Of a stretch of 64,000 nt of DNA, positions 61,201 through 64,000 are shown one piece after another. Where the stretch lies: the NCBI GenBank assembly GCA_965208575.1, contig CBDBOV010000006.1:928001-992000 (forward strand). Direction: 5' to 3'. The notes under the pieces were generated by a model, which was not told the DNA's origin, made no database searches, and saw only the letters and a list, made by a program, of their open reading frames with translations. The position numbers were made by a program, and so were the translations under genes. This DNA comes from Spirochaetia bacterium. Its GTDB lineage: Bacteria > Spirochaetota > Spirochaetia > SZUA-6 > Bin103. How positions within the stretch are numbered: position 1 is the first letter of the stretch; every line of letters starts with the position of its first letter.

Positions 61201-62077
61201 CACTATAGCTCACCCTTGTTTCTTTCATGACTGCGCCGGCCCAGGGGCCGGTGGGATAGCTCTTGAGCATATGCTGGGATTGGACGTGCCTGCCCACGTG
61301 CAGTATGGACGCTGGATAGGAGGTATTTTCCTCCACGGTACCCTTGGCAAATCACTGGTTGGCGGTGGCGCGGTGGGGGATAAGATAATAGATAGACTGC
61401 CGGTAACCATTGAGCTTGGTGTCCTGGCAATCGTAATCGGCCTCTTGATAGCCCTGCCAGTCGGCATCTACTCGGCGATTCGCCAGGACACGGCTGCCGA
61501 CTACGCGGGGCGCTCCATCGCCATCATCGGCCTGGCAACGCCCAACTTCTGGCTGGGAATCATGGTCATGATATACCCGGCAATCTGGTGGGGCTGGTCG
61601 CCACCGATGGAAGTGATTCCTTTCACCGAAGACCCGCTGGGGAATCTCGGGGTGTTCCTCATTCCCAGCCTGATTCTGGGCACGGCCATGGCTGCAGGCG
61701 CAATGCGGATGACGCGCACCATGATGCTGGAGGTGCTCAGGCAGGACTATATCAGGACCGCCTGGGCCAAGGGTCTCAATGAGAGGGTAGTTATTATCAG
61801 ACACACCGTTAAGAATGCCCTCATCCCGGTAGTTTCCCTGATCGGCCTGCAGTTGCCTGTCCTGGTGGGCGGCGCCGTGATCATGGAGAACATATTCAAC
61901 CTGCCGGGGCTCGGTCGTCTCATGCTGGTTGCCCTCACTGACAGAGACTACCCGTTGGTCTCCGGAGTAAACCTGTTTTTTGCTGCGGGGGTTATGGGGT
62001 TCAACCTAATAATCGACCTGATCTATCCTTATTTGGACCCCAGGGTCCGTTACAAATAACGGCGGGAAGTCGACAAC

Positions 62078-63010
62078 ATGAGCGACGTCAAAGGGATACC
62101 ACCAGCATCAAGTGAGAAAAAGAGACGAACCGGGGCGGCCTATTTCTTTGTCAGGCTGGCCACGGAGAAGCCACTGGGTGCCGCCAGCGGGATTGTCGTA
62201 TTGATACTGATTCTTGTCGCTATCTTTGCCGATATTCTGGCCCCTTATCCATATGATGAGATACACTTAGCGGACATATTGCAGGGCTCATCGGCCCAGT
62301 ATCTGCTGGGTACCGACTACGTGGGGCGAGACTTCTTGAGCCGCATCATCTACGGGGCTCGCCTTTCATTAACTGTCGGTCTGGCAGCGACCGCTGTTAA
62401 TGTTGTGGTCGCTGTCCTGGTAGGCGGAACTTCAGGATTCCTGGGTGGTAAATTCGACCTGACGGTGCAGAGATTTGTCGATGCCTGGATGGCTTTCCCG
62501 GGCCTGCTCCTGTTGTTAACCATCATGTCCATAGCGGGACGGGGTCTGTTACAGATAATACTGGTCCTGGGGATCGCCGGTGGCATCGGCGGCTCAAGAG
62601 TACTTCGAGGCGCCGTAATTGATATCAGGGAGAATGACTATTTTCAGGCGGCGGAGTCGATTGGCAGCTCAAAATGGAGAACACTTATCCGCCATGTCCT
62701 GCCTAATATTGCGGCTCCCATAATCGTCATATTCAGCATCAACATAGGAGGGGTGATCATATCCGAGGCTTCTCTGAGCTTCCTCGGATTCGGTCTGCCA
62801 GCCAAGATTCCTAGCTGGGGAGGTATGCTCAGCCGCGAAGGACGTCAGTACATGGAGATGGCCCCATGGCTGGCTCTCTGGCCCGGCCTTGCTCTGACTA
62901 TTACGGTCTACTGTCTCAACATGCTCGGCGACGCGGTGCGGGATCTGCTCGACCCGCGGTTGCGCGGCGGTGGTGGTCGCCTCGGTGCCGATGCCGCCGG
63001 GTCGGTCTAA
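62078..63010 (+). CDS. ABC permease DppC-like
   Basis: Family motifs. Confidence 0.95.
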   Translation: MSDVKGIPPASSEKKRRTGAAYFFVRLATEKPLGAASGIVVLILILVAIFADILAPYPYDEIHLADILQGSSAQYLLGTDYVGRDFLSRIIYGARLSLTVGLAATAVNVVVAVLVGGTSGFLGGKFDLTVQRFVDAWMAFPGLLLLLTIMSIAGRGLLQIILVLGIAGGIGGSRVLRGAVIDIRENDYFQAAESIGSSKWRTLIRHVLPNIAAPIIVIFSINIGGVIISEASLSFLGFGLPAKIPSWGGMLSREGRQYMEMAPWLALWPGLALTITVYCLNMLGDAVRDLLDPRLRGGGGRLGADAAGSV

Positions 63011-63025
63011 GGAGTAGGCGCGCCG

Positions 63026-63050
63026 TCCTTCCCCCGCCGGCAGAATAGCA
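63026..63050. repeat. 25-bp direct repeat, right copy
   Basis: Identical to 56459-56483. Confidence 0.85.
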
Positions 63051-63062
63051 GATCGGCGGCGG

Positions 63063-64000
63063 TCAGCGCTTGTAGGGGTCGGCGGCGTCGCGCAGGCCGT
63101 CGCCGATGAAGTTGAATGCCATCACGGTCACGATCACGAACAACGCGGGAATCAGCAGCCACGGGAAGATGGCGACGCTGCGAAAGTTCATGGCGCGCTG
63201 CAACAGCACGCCCCAGCTCACCGCCGGCGGGCGCAAGCCGAGCCCGAGGAAGCTGAGCGCCGTCTCGGCGAGGATCATGTCCGGTATCGCCAGCGTGAGG
63301 TGCACGATCAGGTAGCTGCCGAACGACGGCAGCAGGTGACGGCGAATGATGGTCATCTGCTTCGCGCCGGCGATCCGTGCCGCCATGGTGAAGTCGTGCT
63401 CGCGCAGCTCCAGCAGCTTGCCGCGCACTGCTCTCGCCAGGCCGCCCCACCCCACCAGCGACAGAATGACCACGATGGCAAAGTAGATCTGGAAGATATT
63501 CCAGTCGCGCGGCAGCGCGGCCGCCAGCGCCATCCACAACGGGATCGTGGGGATCGAGATCAGGAACTCGATGACGCGTTGAATGAACATGTCCACGCGC
63601 CCGCCGTAGTATCCCGACAGGCCGCCGAGGATCGAGCCGATCACGAACGACAGCGACACGCCGACCAGGCCCATCGACAGCGAAATCCGCGCGGCGCAGA
63701 TGGTGCGCGTGTAGATGTCGCGGCCCAGCTTGTCGGTGCCGAACAGGAACAGCCGCCCGGGCGCCTCGACGCTGAACAGGCGCACCCGGCTCGGGAACAG
63801 GCCGAGCACGCGGTACTCCACTGCACCGCGGGCAAAGAAGCGAATCGGATAGCGCACCATCGTGTCCTCGCCGTACAGCGGCTGAAAGGTCTCGGGGTCC
63901 TGGGTCATCGTCACCCCGTACACGAACGGGCGGGCGAGCCTGCCCTCGTGCACCACGCGCACGCGCGACGGAGGATGATGGTTGGTATCCGAGAACACGT
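63063..64000 (-). CDS. ABC permease DppC-like of a different subfamily, 5' end outside window
   Basis: GTDKLGRD, ETALSFLGLG, GDGLRDAADPY. Confidence 0.92.
   Translation of the reverse strand, partial: VFSDTNHHPPSRVRVVHEGRLARPFVYGVTMTQDPETFQPLYGEDTMVRYPIRFFARGAVEYRVLGLFPSRVRLFSVEAPGRLFLFGTDKLGRDIYTRTICAARISLSMGLVGVSLSFVIGSILGGLSGYYGGRVDMFIQRVIEFLISIPTIPLWMALAAALPRDWNIFQIYFAIVVILSLVGWGGLARAVRGKLLELREHDFTMAARIAGAKQMTIIRRHLLPSFGSYLIVHLTLAIPDMILAETALSFLGLGLRPPAVSWGVLLQRAMNFRSVAIFPWLLIPALFVIVTVMAFNFIGDGLRDAADPYKR

Larger units (their letters stand above)
59590..61262 (-). mobile_element. IS110-family insertion sequence
   Basis: AGCTC core at both junctions (59585-89, 61258-62), no long TIRs, ~270-bp non-coding end upstream of the transposase. 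Confidence 0.9.
59433..62059 (+). pseudogene. dppB-like permease split by IS110
   Basis: ..VDVDREA | LEHMLGLDVP.. rejoins in frame when the IS is removed. Confidence 0.92.

Noticed and set aside
8190-63025. Integron/superintegron
   Set aside because: No tyrosine integrase in the window, no attC-like GTTRRRY/RYYYAAC palindromes at cassette borders, and cassettes occur in both orientations with their own promoters

Overview
High-GC bacterial DNA; the signal-peptide style suggests a spirochaete, but that is inference only. The window is dominated by nine family-5 (Dpp/Opp/Nik-like) ABC-importer loci: 8 complete SBP-dppB-(dppC) loci and 1 SBP cut by the window edge. There is no ATPase gene. Most loci have lower-GC bodies bracketed by GC-rich, mutually homologous ends, and they are interleaved with toxin-antitoxin genes, oxidoreductases and orphan dppC 3' fragments. 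Best candidate for an undescribed system: a standardised regulatory front end shared by 8 of the 9 SBP genes. It consists of a ~126-bp TTGACA promoter unit, often in tandem, a variable poly-C tract, a Shine-Dalgarno-led micro-ORF (MILKEPxxxAA*, or GTG-AAG-NNN-stop), and hairpins with compensatory changes just before the SBP RBS. Mobile elements target these repeated parts. They include a group II intron whose EBS1 is AGGAGG, inserted antisense exactly at the uORF SD; an ORF-less group II-like RNA with non-canonical catalytic motifs in the SBP 3' hairpin; and an IS110 whose bridge/seek-RNA region visibly carries its target and donor guides. One whole cassette is flanked by a 25-bp direct repeat that splits a native operon. 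All calls come from reading the sequence; no searches or folding were run.
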